The notes under the pieces: generated by a model
What the model saw: only the letters and a program-made list of their open reading frames with translations
Told to the model about the DNA's origin: nothing
Database searches by the model: none
Position numbers and translations under genes: made by a program
Origin: Owenia fusiformis
Lineage: Eukaryota
Length of the DNA stretch: 64,000 nucleotides
Direction of reading: 5' to 3'
Assembly (NCBI GenBank): GCA_903813345.2
Contig: CAIIXF020000001.1
Coordinates: forward strand, 46,624,001 to 46,688,000
Shown: in pieces, positions 1 to 14,272 of the stretch
How the letters are laid out: each line of letters opens with the position of its first letter
Position numbering within the stretch: position 1 is the first letter of the stretch

Positions 1-2362
1 TCATGTTCAACTGACCATTTTCTTTTGTAATTTCCAATCTCTATTAAAAACCATTTCAAAACCAGTATCAATTATGATAACAATTTTGCTTTGAACTGAC
101 TCTATGGAAATAACTCCAATGAAAATACATCAGTTATAAAAATAGCACATTTAAAACGAATACCGATAAAAGTTTAGGTAAAATGAAAATTAACTGAACC
201 AGAAAATTGAACTTATCTATGTGATGATCAAATAAAAATGTATAAAAAACGACAAGGGGCAATATTACAAAACATTAACTCAGGAGTTGATGGTTAATTC
301 TAACAATGGACCTCCAAGTTTGAAACATGTAGCTAATTTTCTGGGCATTAATTTTGTACCTGTGGCTGTACCACTGGGAATACAGGGTGGTAACAGAGTC
401 ATAGGGCAGACAGGTAAAACACACAATATAATTTGATTACAGGCTGGGGGAATTAATGGAGTGTAAAATTATTGAGTTGGATGGCCATTTTTAGTTCAAA
501 GAGATCCTTCTTTTGTCATCATACATGTTTATGGGCTATGGGACACTGAACCATATCTTTCATCTGGAACCAAAGATTTAAATGTTTCCAGTATAGAAGA
601 GATGATCTTATACTTTTTGATTTTTGATTTTAGATAAAGAAAATACTGTATATATTATACTGGTAAAAGATTATACTGGTGAAAAGAGTGATTCATCTAT
701 CTTATCTATAATATGTGTGAAATATAATGAAAAGGTGATGGTGGGTATACAGCTAAGTTGAAAGGGAAGAAATATGAAAAGAAAGCTAACAGTAAACTGA
801 TGAACAACCAAGATCCTTTTCCTAAAGAATTTTTACTCATAGCCTTCACAGTTTGCCTAAAATTAGAGTAAAACGAGCAAGCAAAAAAGTACAGGAAATT
901 AATTGAAAAGCTGAATGAAAAAATGAAGCTGGATAAAAAGCAATATACACAAAGGATCAAATAGATCAGAAGGGCGATTAGCTTTTGAACTATTGTAAGC
1001 CTAAACCAAATATTGAAATGTTGAAACAAATATACGTGTTGTAAAAACTAAACAAAATCTGATAGATTCTAGTTTTCTTGTTAATAGATCATGCGGTTTG
1101 CCAAAATTTCATTCATACTTTTTTTGTAGTACAAACTGAAGTAAGAGCATGTAAAGTTCAAGGTTTTACAACTATGTGGTTAGCTTTAAGGCTGATTACT
1201 GTGAAATTAAATGAATTCTTATTTCATATGTTTTGTACGTTTGAAGGGACATTTGATGGTAATACTGGAAAAATAAAGTTTTGATTTTTTCCCCTATTTG
1301 ACACTAACTTTGAATGACACTGATTGAAGACTATAGCCCTGCATGAGACTGACAGAAACACTCTAAATCAAAACACTTTGGCATTTATTGGCAGGTGGCC
1401 CATAAAACCCATTATACCCCACCCCAATATGGTCCATCGCACCCTGGCACAAAACCCACAATTTAGCAGGCCACCTATGTACATTTAAAAACTGATTTGA
1501 CTTTAATTCAGAAGATAAACCATGTTCAAAATTAAACAACACAGATCTGATACATTTGTATCAAATGATAAATTAACCCCATCAATTACAATACTATATT
1601 CTTTTCGATACATATTTTTGACAGGTTTTTAGTGTGATTTATAGGACCAATATCTTAATTATAAATCTTTGTGATAGCTTTATGGTAAGTAAAGTTCAAC
1701 TCCCAAATATTTATGAATATGTAAAGTAAAACATTGTAGTTTGGCCAGCATTTATGTCATTACTATAGTATAGTAATGTACTTAGGTAATAATACATCGT
1801 CAAATGGGGAGAATAGCCAAAATAATTTTGTGTTCTTAAAAGAATGATATTTTTCTGTATGTTCAGTTTAATCATAGATATCCTTTTATACCTTAGTTTG
1901 GGATAGCTCCATACTTTAACCTTTACACTAAACAATAATATACACTGACAGACATCTCTAAAATAGCACAAACTCTAAACAAGCATAGGTCAGAAAACTA
2001 ACATATCTATTATCTACAATTACTTTGATAAAACGGCTGTTCACAACATTTCATTATTTACAGACCCTTTTATTGAGTGGTTTCTGAAGCCAATACAAGT
2101 CAAAGATGAAAGGCAATATATATAAGACAATATTAATAAAACAGGCAGTTGACCTTGTAAAGTGGGGTTAGATATATAAAACCAAGATTTCATTCAGACC
2201 TGGACTAATATGTGGAAGTATTCAAGACAACTTTATTAACATTTTGTCTCTTTAAGGGAATGACTTCAGTTTAACTACCAGTATTCAAAACTAAAGTCAA
2301 ATTAATATTATAATTTGATCAAAGTCAACCTGATATTAATATAATATGAGGAGCATTCTCTT

Positions 2363-2517
2363 ATGTTACACCATTGTTTGGGTATGGATGTTGCACCATT
2401 GTTTGGGTATGGATGTTGCACCATTGTTTGGGTATGAATGTAACAGCATTCTTTGTATATGGATGTTGCACCATTGTTTGGGTATGGATGTTACACCATT
2501 GTAGGGATATGGATGTT
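2363..2517. repeat. 25-bp minisatellite, about 6 copies, just inside the intron after laminin exon 4
   Basis: Unit TATGGATGTTGCACCATTGTTTGGG; CCATTGTTTG recurs at 2371, 2396, 2421 and 2471. Confidence 0.9.
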
Positions 2518-2547
2518 GGGGTATTGAAGGGGTAGAGCTATACAAAC

Positions 2548-2604
2548 CTTCAGAGTAGTGCTTCCAGCGATTCCCGGCCTCCCGTTGATGAGTGATGTAA
2601 AAAT
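2548..2604 (-). CDS. LAMA1/2-like: Laminin alpha-1/2-type chain, coding exon 4 (LN domain); gene continues past the left end of the window
   Basis: Not in the correct frame in the ORF track. Acceptor tttatttcag, 57 nt encoding IFTSLINGRPGIAGSTTLK, donor AAG|GTTTGT. Matches the IHxSLINGRP motif that follows PLENGE in laminin alpha-1/2; phase 0 fits exon 3. Confidence 0.9.
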
Positions 2605-3707
2605 CTGAAATAAACGAAAAAACATCAATATCCATTTAGAAAATTAATAGGCAAGACCTCTTGGAGGTGAAAATTATATTTTTATCTACAGCCTCTGTGA
2701 GATTCTATGAGAAGAATAATTGTTTTGACAGTTGACCAGTTGTGTTGAGTTACTTGAAAGAGAAAAGCATGGCGCACATACAACAGAGCAGAAAAACAGT
2801 GCATTTATTTTATATCATCCATCCATCAACTCAAGTATAGTACCACTCTTGAGTTTTAGTCTATTTCTTCAAATCTAATCCATAATGATGATAGCATGGT
2901 CAAGACAATTTTTGTATTCTTTATACATTAGTATAATATATTTATAAGATTAGGATTACCATAATTCACAGTAAAATTTCTTCAAGATCACATTAATAAA
3001 AAGTAGGAATCAGGATTACTTTATACAAAGGAATCCAAGTAAGGTGTATGCTCTGTAAGAAATCAAGTTTAATTTGTTTTTATTTCTTCAGCGGTTTTTC
3101 CCAGAGTAATTAGCCTGGCCGGGAAACAAAGATTTTCTAGAAAGTGCAAGTTCAACAACATTGGTTTTTTGTGGCTATATTTAGGAATGTTTGTATTCTG
3201 TGGTTAGTGGTGAGTACTTCCTGATAACCTGGATTAATTGTGGCTTCCCGCACACCAGGTACACTCCAGGAAGGTGAATGAGCTACAGAGGCCTAATTGG
3301 GCCATAATAATACCCCAAAACAATTATAAAATCATGTCCTTCATTTCACTATTAACTCTTGTATGTATATAGATTTTAAAATATGTAACTTGAGTATCAA
3401 TTTTGTCCATTTAAAGATAATAGCTTCCTTAAAACTCATCTGACATTGAATTAAAGGGGCAACAAGGACTGTAGAGAGAAAACTTGAATTTTTTTTTTCT
3501 GAGCTATCAGGTCAATATTTGGCTTAACATCTTCTTTGACATACCTATTTTCTTAAAATGTATGGATAAACTATCAATTTCACCATTAAGAAGAGTAAAT
3601 TCAGTTCAAAGCTTCTATAAATATATTTTGACACTGGTCGATGATCATTGCACTAATTGTTGCACCTTTAAGTCACTTTCAGTAATTCAAAAATAAAGAA
3701 CACATAC

Positions 3708-3950
3708 CTCGCCATTTTCCAATGGATCTAGTTTAGAATAATATGACGTGCAGATGACTTCATCGTCTTTGGTAAAAATAGGTGTGCCGATTGTTGGTTT
3801 AATTCCATAAGCATTCCAGCATTCGCTGTCACTTAAAGCATAATATTGCCATGGTTTGTACTCTATGCCATCTAGTGAGCGCTCTAAGATCCAGTTTCCG
3901 GGCCTCGGAGAATTGGCAGCTTTGACTATGATATATGCCACTTGGTAAAT
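3708..3950 (-). CDS. LAMA1/2-like: Laminin alpha-1/2-type chain, coding exon 3 (LN domain)
   Basis: 243 nt, ttttttcag acceptor and GAG|GTATGT donor. Encodes IYQVAYIIVKAANSPRPGNWILERSLDG...PWQYYA...DDEVICTSYYSKLDPLENGE, the conserved laminin N-terminal domain of alpha-1/alpha-2/wing-blister type. Confidence 0.95.
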
Positions 3951-4542
3951 CTGAAAAAACAATGCAAATCAACATTAAAATTGATGCTGTATTTTGAAGT
4001 TGGAAGCCCATATAGAAAGGGGGTAAGTAGAGTTCAGCCTGACCAAACATTTCATGTGAGATTTTGTTAAATGATGCTATTAGGGGGGGGGGGGGGGTAT
4101 ATAGCAGGTGCTACATTAAAGCATATAAGGAAAGATGAATGCAGATATCTTTACCTAGGAACTGCAGTAAGTTGAAACATGAAAATAAGAACATTTTGGC
4201 CATTTTCTACAGCCTGTACTATCCCTTGGAATACACAAGTATTGATAAGGAAAGGCTCTGATAAATCAGAAAGGTGAATCAGAATTTACCAAGTTGAAAA
4301 AGTGGAAAAATCCCGAGTCTCTTCCACAAATTGAAAAACAAAACTGTTACAGATGTTGGTTCTATTTTGCTCTGGGATGTAACAGGTGCCAACAGCTTTT
4401 ATCTAAACATTATATGAGACTATCAGATACTAAATGACAGCTTCAGTTATATCTTCTTATATCATAGTACATGTATATAAATGTTTGTTACATGTGTAAC
4501 ATGTGCTACACTATCAATCCCTAACAATATTTAATATTCCAT

Positions 4543-4658
4543 ACAAGGCATTGAAATGCAAAATGTCACCGCCTACCATTCGTTACAGGCACGCTGCTTG
4601 CTGACCATTGAACACCATTAACAAAAAGTTGTCACCACTTGCGGTGGTAACATAAAAA
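4543..4658 (+). mobile_element. Minimal HINE/pearl-like non-autonomous element
   Basis: Starts ACAAGGCATTG; subterminal inverted repeat ATGTCACCGCC vs GGTGGTAACAT with a 3' palindrome, then A-run. Related copies at 31279-31383 and 48284-48440. Confidence 0.6.
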
Positions 4659-5047
4659 CTAGACTGAATAAGTGAATATTTTGGAAATGCCTTCTTTTTG
4701 AGGACTACAGGCCTAAATATCCATATTCACTGATTCTAGTTATGCATACAGTGCAGCCAAAAATCAAACAGGTTATTTTGCCTACTGATGAATAAATACC
4801 CAGACTTTTATCTAGTTAACTTCCCGGGTCATTAACTTGGGATAGCATGACACTTATATAATGTCATGTTTGGAAAAGACCAGGGTCTGGGGAATCTCAG
4901 TACTTCAATAGTTCTATTACTCAATGATACCATAGATATGAAGAAACAATTAGAAAAAAAGGTTAGCATGACTCTAGTCTGTGATGCTGTTTGATTTCAG
5001 AGTTACCCAGGTAGCCTTGCATCAATTGCACCTTGAATGTACCCAAG

Positions 5048-5212
5048 GCCAGGGGGGGGGTTCGCAGTTCTATCAAAATCATGCAGTTTTTCACCATTTT
5101 GAGCACTTCTCAAGTGATTTTCAGCATATTTGGTCCAAAATTGTCAAATGTGAACCCCCCTGGAAATTTTTGAAAATTGAACCTCCCTTGGCAAATCCTG
5201 GCTACGGGCCTG
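5048..5212 (-). mobile_element. Partial copy of the MITE at 55429-55631
   Basis: Reverse-complement match to 55429-55585, ending CCTGGCTACGGGCCTG. Confidence 0.75.
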
Positions 5213-5334
5213 TACCCCCTCATATCCCCACTCTGTCAAGACTGGAATACTCTGATACAAATATTCTGTTGGAGTATGAAGACATCATAGGACTGGTCGT
5301 ATATAGTTTAATTTCACTAATTCAAGCCCAGATT

Positions 5335-5433
5335 TAGTCTGTGATCCCCATCCCACTACTTCACTACACACCTTCTCACTTGTAAGGAGGTGTCTAGTAG
5401 GTAGGGGACTTACAAGGGCTAGTAGCTAGACTA
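5335..5433. mobile_element. 99-bp non-autonomous DNA transposon, TA...TA termini, 9-bp TSD (Academ-like)
   Basis: Termini TAGTCT...AGACTA; perfect direct repeat GCCCAGATT at 5326-5334 and 5434-5442; internal imperfect hairpin. Superfamily is an inference. Confidence 0.75.
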
Positions 5434-8400
5434 GCCCAGATTGAAATGACCACTATGAAAGATGGACTAATTATCAGTAATTATTCAACTCATTAAAAAA
5501 ACGAATAAAACTTCTAAACAACATGTGGCAAAGTATTTCATTCAATGTACTGTATATTTAAAGGTTTATAATTTGTACTATTTAATGGTTGTAATATCTC
5601 AGATAACTGAATAAAGTGCTCAAACATTAGGTCCCATTATCATTTATCATTCTAAACAATGTCTATGTTCTTTAACTTCAAAAAATGTTGATATGTTTAT
5701 ATGGTGCAAAAAGGGTGCTATTGAGTTTTACCAGTGATGGGATAGAAATATAATTAATCAACTTGGCACATGTGAACATTTTACAATTACTATATATAGT
5801 CTAGCTATTAAAGAAGGGCTTATATGGTCTGATTAATTGAGAATAGTTAAAGTGCATACAGAACTGCTCCCCCTGTGAATGTTGTATTTTATACCTGAGA
5901 AAATTATTTTGAAAAACCATAGTACATAATTATAATTTACCTATATGGAGCCATACATTAAAATTATTAATGTGCTGTTTTTAGATTAGCTTGTGTTTTA
6001 TAAATAAATATAAATAGTTCTGTATTATACAATTTATTCTAACTTATTTCTTTTAACATTGATATTATACAGATTCAAGCCTGCAATTTTTTTTCATTCA
6101 TTTTCGAAACGTAATAATGTTATAAAAATCAAGAATGTCTCATGCCATTGGTATGAAACTAACGTTTCAATATATGCATTACAAACATGTGACCTAAAAT
6201 TTAGAAATGAAAGTATCATCATTGTTTTAATGAGATAAATCAATGAAATATATTAAATGCAAGGACATATGACAGAGTTCTGTACTTATTCAAAATGATG
6301 TAACATTCCTACCGAATACATGTAACCGTTATGTCAGAACCAATGTTGAATTAATCAGATAACATAAAACAAATCGAATCTCTTATCATAATTTACTCAT
6401 TATAACAATTATTATTTGTTCAGAAATAAAGCTCCAAATTATCTGATAAAAATGCACTCAATATTTCGATAATTTACTGATAAACGTAACATGCAATCTA
6501 AATAAGCGGCCACTAAACCTACTGGTACATCTTTGAAGTTCCGGTTTAACAGGTTCTCATGATTAATAATCTTTAGATTATTATTAAAAATATCTATTTA
6601 TAAAACATTATAGAGACTTTTTAATTAAAAATCAAATCATTTATATTTAATTCATTTTTTATCAATGAAAATATGAGATTTTCTGAAATTAATTTATCAA
6701 CTCTTGTAATAGTATAAGAGAGAAGCTAGAACACAATGGTGGCAATAAAAGATATGAAACATAAAGATAACTGTCAAGGGTTAAAGATAATAGGATATTA
6801 AATGCATTATAAGACAGATACTCTAAACATCATCACCATCCAATTAGTAAAAACTAATGCATCATAGCACTTAAAAAACATATACAGAGTGGGCTGTCAA
6901 AATAAGCATTAAAACATTAAATATTGAGAATTTTCAGTTGCAAAATAAGAAAATAAAAAATTATCACGGAGTTTAAAATCATCAGTTACTCAGTCATATT
7001 CCAATTATATCTATGTTGAAAGTATCAATTAAGAAAATTATATAAATTATATTTGTCATTTATTCAAATCACAAGAACAATACTAATATTGCTTTTTGTG
7101 GTGATACCATTGGATAAATTACAGTCTGATGGGGTTTAAATAACTGGTCATTCTCCACCTGATGTAATAAGGAGTTCATCATCAATAGTATTAATGTGGA
7201 TATACCATATCATGAAGACACCAACTAAATCAATAATAAACAACAAAAAACACCCACATCACTAAATAATACTATATATCTACAAAAATATCTACAAATA
7301 ATATGGCAACTTTTGCAAGAGGCTTTCAACAAAACAACAGCTTCAAGACAGGGGTCAGTATTATAAAGATAAAATATAGCATGGATATATGGCCAAGACA
7401 TCAATTATTGGTGATTAGGGGACAGATCATTTCATGTTTGCTGATAGATCAACAGTGTTTCTTTGTTGTTTTATTGCTGATAATTAAAAACAAATATGCA
7501 AGGGTCAGTATGTATACAGCCAAGATATTCAGAGTGGCCACTAACACCCCAAAATGAAGGGTTTCCATTGTTCAGTAAAATTTTGTCAAAAATGGATGCT
7601 CCCATCAGCTCAAAATGCTTAATTGACAACGTGCTGACATTCTGATAAAATTGGGAGTTAATGGGACATCCAGATATGGAACTCAAAAAGTGATCACAAG
7701 CTAAGTTTTCAATTTTAAAGGTGTGTAAATAGAAACAAATTTTACAGTCTGATGTCCACGCCACATAGGATTTTGCCAAATCAATTTGACAAATTTTAAT
7801 GGACTTAAGTATAAAATCATGCTGATTTTTACAAATTGTGCATCACTGCAAAAATCCCCTTACCACCAGGCATACTGGTTTTTGTGTACTCGGTGACAGC
7901 GTAGTATATCAGTTAACAAAGGAAACCCTTCACTGACAATCATCCCATTCAAACTAACAGAATATATACAGGCATTGTCATTGTCTTCAAACATCTTATG
8001 TGATTACTTATTTGTTTATGATGAGAGTACCAAAATAAACCCTTCACAACATCCTCTTTATATTCTTTATAGTCTATATCAGACTATATGGTCAGTAAAT
8101 TACTACATTTTCTCATTATTGAAAGTTGACATTAATTTCACAATCAGACTCCTATAAATAACCATAAAAGCTTCATTTTAGATCATTAAGATCTAACCAA
8201 CACCCAAAGCTTCTGTAATTGTAAGAGGGTGAGGTTTTTACAAATTGTCACCCAGGGTAACACACTATATATGGCTGGGGTTATTCATATGCATGATTTA
8301 AAGCAAAAGCTTCAGTTCTGAAATTCAGAATCTAGGTTTTAGTTTAGTCCAATTTGTTACCGAATTACATAAACTTTTAATCTTTAAAGTTTTTAATCTG

Positions 8401-11400
8401 TATTTCAACATAGACAAATCCTCATAAATCAGTACTTGAATGGCTATAAGTCAAAAAAATATGGCATTCCACAAATCAAAAGCTACTTTAGTATGTCAAA
8501 CCCTCTAACTTTGTTGTTAAGACTCCACTGGTCTCAAGAGTCCTGACTTATGACATTTATGAGCATAAAGTCAAAAAGGTCTTTGAAATAATCTGAACCT
8601 TTGGACAATGTAAAGCATTGAAGTTTTGCAGACTAAAAGTACAATAGGCTCATATAAAAACAATGTGGAACTGAAGTAGGATTAAATCACAACTCAAACT
8701 GATTTTGGTTAATAATATTTACCAAATTCAGATTTCCATATATAAACTAGTTATGTCTCACAATTTGAAGAAATGCTAGAAGCAATACAGTTTTGCAATA
8801 TCCAGCCCAATAATTTTAATGGTAATAAAATTTATACTATATGGGCCATCGTACCTGTGTACAAACTGTACAAGCTGGTCAGTATGTTAAAGAAAAGAAC
8901 CCTGAGCATTCATTATGTTGTATATGCTTTGCTATTACAATATCACTGGCAGATCCAGAAGCTAACAAGGGGGGGGGGGGCTCATTTTAAGTCAGAAAAT
9001 AATTCGAGGCCACTAAACCAAAAATTGGGTGCAAATTTTGAAAATTAAAGGCCTAGTTTTTTTTTGTAATTTGACCTAAAATTAAAAAAAAATAAGGCCC
9101 AAAAAGCCAAATAATGCCCCAAAAAGGCTCACTAATTGAGGTCAAACAAAATCTTTATGCCCCCCAAAAAACACTCAAGCCTTCATTTTGTTTTTTAGAT
9201 TATTTGATTACTCTAAAATAACAGCTGTAATATTACACATTTATCTGTAAGGGCACTAATCATAAAAAAAGTCAATTAAACGAGTTCAAGATCTTTTGAA
9301 CATTCTTCAATCATAAAGCTATAGAATAAGCATGAAGCCCCTTCTGACTCAGATAATGAAATTCAAAGCTCTAGGGACACCTTGGCAGTAGCACCTCTGC
9401 TTTGCCCGTTATCATAAGACCCCAGAAATAATGGAAGAAGGGTTCAGGGGTTTAATCATGATTCCCTTTTGAACAGTTTGTTTTTGCATCTTTAAAAGAG
9501 AACTTCATCGACAATAATTCCTACAAGTCCCTGGGCCCAAGCATCATGAGAAAGCATGGCCATCTATTCGCTTCTTTCTAGCATAACTATCAGAATGGGG
9601 CTCAATGATATGACTCAATACAATACAACATACAATTTTGTGAAACTATGTATCATATAGGGTAAATACCAAATATGCACTGTTGATGAGCTTGTGCCAA
9701 TATAGTAAGTAGAGCAAGCATCTATGCAAAATGTTGCTTAATCTCCTCTTTTATCTTCACTGTATGCAGTATATACATGTATCATTAAGATGTACAAAGT
9801 ACAACTTGTTCCAACTATCTATTACCTCATGTTAGCTAGCCAATAGGTTGGATTACATGATACCTTATTAGTGTAGAAGTTTAAGGTAAAATCCTACAAA
9901 TTTTACAACAGAGGTATTCCAAAAAAATGCGAACCCACAAATGATATAGGGCCTCAATTAGTGGGCCTTTTTGTGCATCGCTTGCCCTTTTTGGACCTTT
10001 TTTAGGCCAAATTATCCAAAATTATGCTTTAATGTTCAAAACTTAGGCACGATTTGGATGATAAATCATGGTTTCTTATTTGTTCTCAGCTATGTTTTGT
10101 TGTTAGTGAAACAGAAAGATGTGAAGAGTATCAGAATGATCGTCACAATCACATCAATGCTCTTGTGAGTGATCAAGAAAGAAGAAAATGCTTAAGTACA
10201 TCATCATGGCATAGAAGAGAATGAAGTAGAAATCAGAGTGTGATGACCTATATTTCAGCAAAATAGGTCAAATATAAACTCTACAGTATCAAAAATATGT
10301 AAATAGTTCAGGTAGAGTGGAAAACTGGATCTTGTTTTGGTTAATTTTCTACTTTGTCTTCAATATTGGTACCCTTTTATAAAGAATTTAACTTTACAAC
10401 TCTTGAGGAGAGCTTTGTCTACAGAACATAAATGCAAGCCTCAGGGTTTCAATTTCAGGTAGAATAGAAGCTAATGAAATAGAAAAAGATAATAGTTTGA
10501 TTCTGATTCTATATTGGAGAGCCACATCTGCACTTCTTGAGTTAAAAGATAATCGTTTGATCTTGCGTTAACCAATAAGAATAGTGAGAATATTGACGAT
10601 AAAAATCCAGCTACCCAATCAAAACAGCATTCACTGAACATTATATTTTCATAAGTACATGGAATTTGTAACATATTGATACTCATTAAAGGTTAGGACA
10701 GCTACCTTTGGGGTTAAAATATCAGCACCAAAACTGTTTTTATTTCTCTCATTGAGAGACTCAATAAGTAAGTTCTGGAACTCAGTTTATTTGAAAGTAA
10801 TACCACTCCCAGAAGCATTGTACAAATGTGTGACCAAACATTGATCAATGTTACCATAAGCTTGAACAAAGTCTGAAATCTGCTTTTATTCTTAAAAGTT
10901 CTGTGAAGTATTTAAATAGAGTCATTGAAGCAAGCTTATTCTTTGGCCTCCTAAATTCGTTACAATAATATTGAAAATTAACAATGACTTTAGATTTCCT
11001 TTCAAATATCAGTCTTTGCCATGATTTTACAGCTAATGCTTCTAATTGTTAAGTAACCAAAACTACTTGTTCTGAAAAACCCAACCTTGAGCTAAGCATC
11101 ATACAGTAAAAGAAAGAAAACTATAACGTATGAAGAAAATAAAGATACCCAGGCACAACTTCCTAAGTCTAACCTGAAATCAGGCTAAGAATATAAGAAA
11201 ATTATTCATATTTCATGAAGAAAAAATGAAAATATGTTCAACTTTCTGAAAATATTTGTAGCCCTGATTAAGCAAATATTGACAAATGTCTTATTATGTA
11301 GGTATGTAATGGGAATATATTTGATTGCTGAATTAAGTTCTTGCATTGTGAGATTCTTACTCTACTAGATTAGCATGTGTGTTTAAGAATTTGTGCTAGT

Positions 11401-13617
11401 CTGTGAAGTTTGTTCACAACATTACCCTGTATGTTAAGGAATTTTATGAGTTAGAGGACCCTTCAAATGCTGTTGGTTCATTCCATTAAAGAATTTTCTT
11501 CATTCAATTGGATGGTCAAATGCTTCATCCAAAATATGTAAAAGTGTAGAATAGAATCGACCTTTTTAAGGTTGCTAACTTCACCGTGCTTAAGGCCAGC
11601 TAAATACAGAATCAAATTCAAAAAAGACTTTAAAGAAGCCCTCATGTCAAAGCATCAAAAGACATCATGAACTTAAATTAGAACATATGTCATATTATTG
11701 ATTTAGGGGTGTCATAAACACAGAACACAAGGCACAATTATTTGCTAATTATATACCCTTCAGTGACATTGTAATTAACCTTTGATTTAAAATACAGGTA
11801 GATCAAACTGGGGACTTTAAATGTCAAGATAATTCAGGAATAGATTTATGTTTAATTGTTTACTCTTTCCAAGGTTTTCAAAGGGTACCCTGAGTGTAAT
11901 TTCAACTTAGTTCTGAATAGGTTAGACAATTTAACAGTTGGGCTGCACTACTGGCCATGGTCATCACAACCTTGGTCATATATCAATTGAAAATTATCCT
12001 CATTTCGAAAACAAGCTCTGGTTGCAGCTTGGCGAATTCAGCGGTTTCTCTTAAACTCATGAGTCTAGAAGAGGCATTCTTTAAAGAGGCTACATTAAAT
12101 GAATATGAATGACATTCACTATTCATAGTGTTGTCTTATAAATGGGACTCTTAAGAGTCCTAGAATTCAGATATTCATCACATCATTTCTGATAATAGCA
12201 TTCCATATTTAGGAACTGAAAAAAGGCCATGATCTTTCACAATGACATTTTAGGGTAAGAACAGGAATTTTGGGCATACAGTATATTCAAAACCATATGA
12301 CAAAAGAATTAGCTTTCAATCCTTTAATAATCATGTCACTTTTAAGTGTCATGTTTTAAAGATGATGTACAGGTGTATATACATTATGATTGACAACCGA
12401 AACTAGTACTTCAAACCTAGCAATTTCACATTCATCATAATACACTGCCAAATACCAATGTGATTGCTTCTTCGTGGGAGTCCATGTACTTCTTTGTGAA
12501 GCAAACCGAATCAACTCAGGATATTACTTGGTTGCCAATAGGGCACCTATTTTTCAAAAATTCCCTAAATAATTGTAAAAAATATTTGAAGCATGGCCTA
12601 TGGACCAGACAACTGGCATGCTTCAAGATAAATAGAGCATTATCATATTTTCCTTTTCTACCCATTTCAAAAGATTTTTTAATTTTAGATGCAAGATGGA
12701 ATTTTTGGGCCACAGTTGCAAAACATAAAGATGTGAGAAATACATCATACCCTGATAGAACAGAATGGGGTATAGCCCCTTTAGGGCAATAATGGGAGTT
12801 CTATATAGGGTCTGATATAATAGTCCTTGAACATGCCAAATGACAAAGTAAATGTTGACTAAGGAGAAATTAACCTAATACTCACAATGCACTGATATAT
12901 CTGAATTTGGACTAAATTGACAGCATCTAATAATGCATGGCTAATTTGACAGAAGACAAGATATTGGAATTATAATCTGAATAGCAGGTCACTTCAAATC
13001 TTTTAAACAGCTCATACATGTGACAAAAGTTTAATTGCATTGTAAATGTGTAATGAAAATTGAATGGTCTCTCTGGAAATGCTGATGACAGTCATGGGAA
13101 GGTAGCTTCTCCTCTCCTCACATTACATCTACTGTTAAACCAACATATTCTTTCCATTACATTAAAATTTATGACCAGACACCAAAATAGAAAATCATAG
13201 GTAAAGGTAAAATCATTGAAAATAACAAATCCAACTTTTTTAACTTTTGACATTCCACCCCAATGAATGGCAATATATATGTCAGGTAATTTGCAATATA
13301 AGGACATTAAGCCATCAGTTTTAGAAGTGACCACATGGATGATTTTGCATTTCAAACATCCAGTGGTTTATTTCTTAATTTGGTCCATTAAAGAAAAAGA
13401 TGAGACCAATGACCGAAAACATGATAAAAAAAGTAAAGAAAAAGAGAAAGTAGATATAGTATATACCATGAAGTTTCTTTTTTATTTCCTGTTTACATTA
13501 AGCCTTATATGAATGATACAAATAGGTTCTTTTCAGTTTAAATTGCATATAAAAAGTCAGATGATTGTGCTCTGTTAACCTACCATATATAATATGCATA
13601 GGGGGAAGCATTTAGTT

Positions 13618-13988
13618 TACCCTTTGCATTCGTTTGACTTCATTTCGTAAAACAGAGCTTCGTCTTCACTCTTTCAAACTAAAATAAACCTGTGAACTCA
13701 CCGCGCCAATCAGTGTTCGTCGGCCAAATTTGACCGAAGTTCTTTATATGGTCATTCCTTCTGACGTCATCGTTGAGCCCGAAATTGACCAATGACATGC
13801 GCATATTTAATTAGAACACATTTGGCGTATGTTTCTTCAAGCTCGCTGATTGGTAGGAGGTCAGCGAGTAGGTCAAAAGTGATTTACCCAAACAGTCACC
13901 AGTACCCGTCGTGGGGGCGAGGTTACTAAACTGTAATATGGTCTCTACTAGGCAGAGTGTAGTTTAACTAGACTCTGCGCGCAGGGTA
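13618..13988. mobile_element. 371-bp non-autonomous DNA transposon, TA...TA termini, 9-bp TSD (Academ-like)
   Basis: Termini TACCCT...AGGGTA; perfect TSD CATTTAGTT at 13609-13617 and 13989-13997; CpG-richer than flanks. Confidence 0.8.
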
Positions 13989-14029
13989 CATTTAGTTAGT
14001 TAGTTTACATGTAAACTTGACATTATCTC

Positions 14030-14105
14030 TACCACTTGCATTCGTTTGACTTCACTTCTTAAAAGAGAGCTTCGTGTAGTTTAACTAGACTCTGCACGCA
14101 GGGTA
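14030..14105. mobile_element. 76-bp internally deleted member of the same family as 13618-13988
   Basis: Shares both ends (TTGCATTCGTTTGACTTCA and GTGTAGTTTAACTAGACTCTGCRCGCAGGGTA) and has its own perfect TSD CATTATCTC at 14021-14029 and 14106-14114. Confidence 0.8.
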
Positions 14106-14272
14106 CATTATCTCTTTTTCTATTGTGTGTAACAGTCTACTTTACCATTTTTTGAGATATGGAATGCACATTAACATTGTGGCCTTATATAATCTGATGG
14201 GAGGGATGGGGTATTCTGAATGCCTAACCTGGTTAAAGTATCCCACACAAGTACATTTACAAATCAACATAC

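Noticed and set aside
1..1320. A-rich stretch with protein-like fragments and a hydrophobic 107-aa minus-strand ORF
   Set aside because: Frequent stops and no recognisable motif; hydrophobicity follows from T-richness. I did not find the next laminin exon here. It may be a decayed element.
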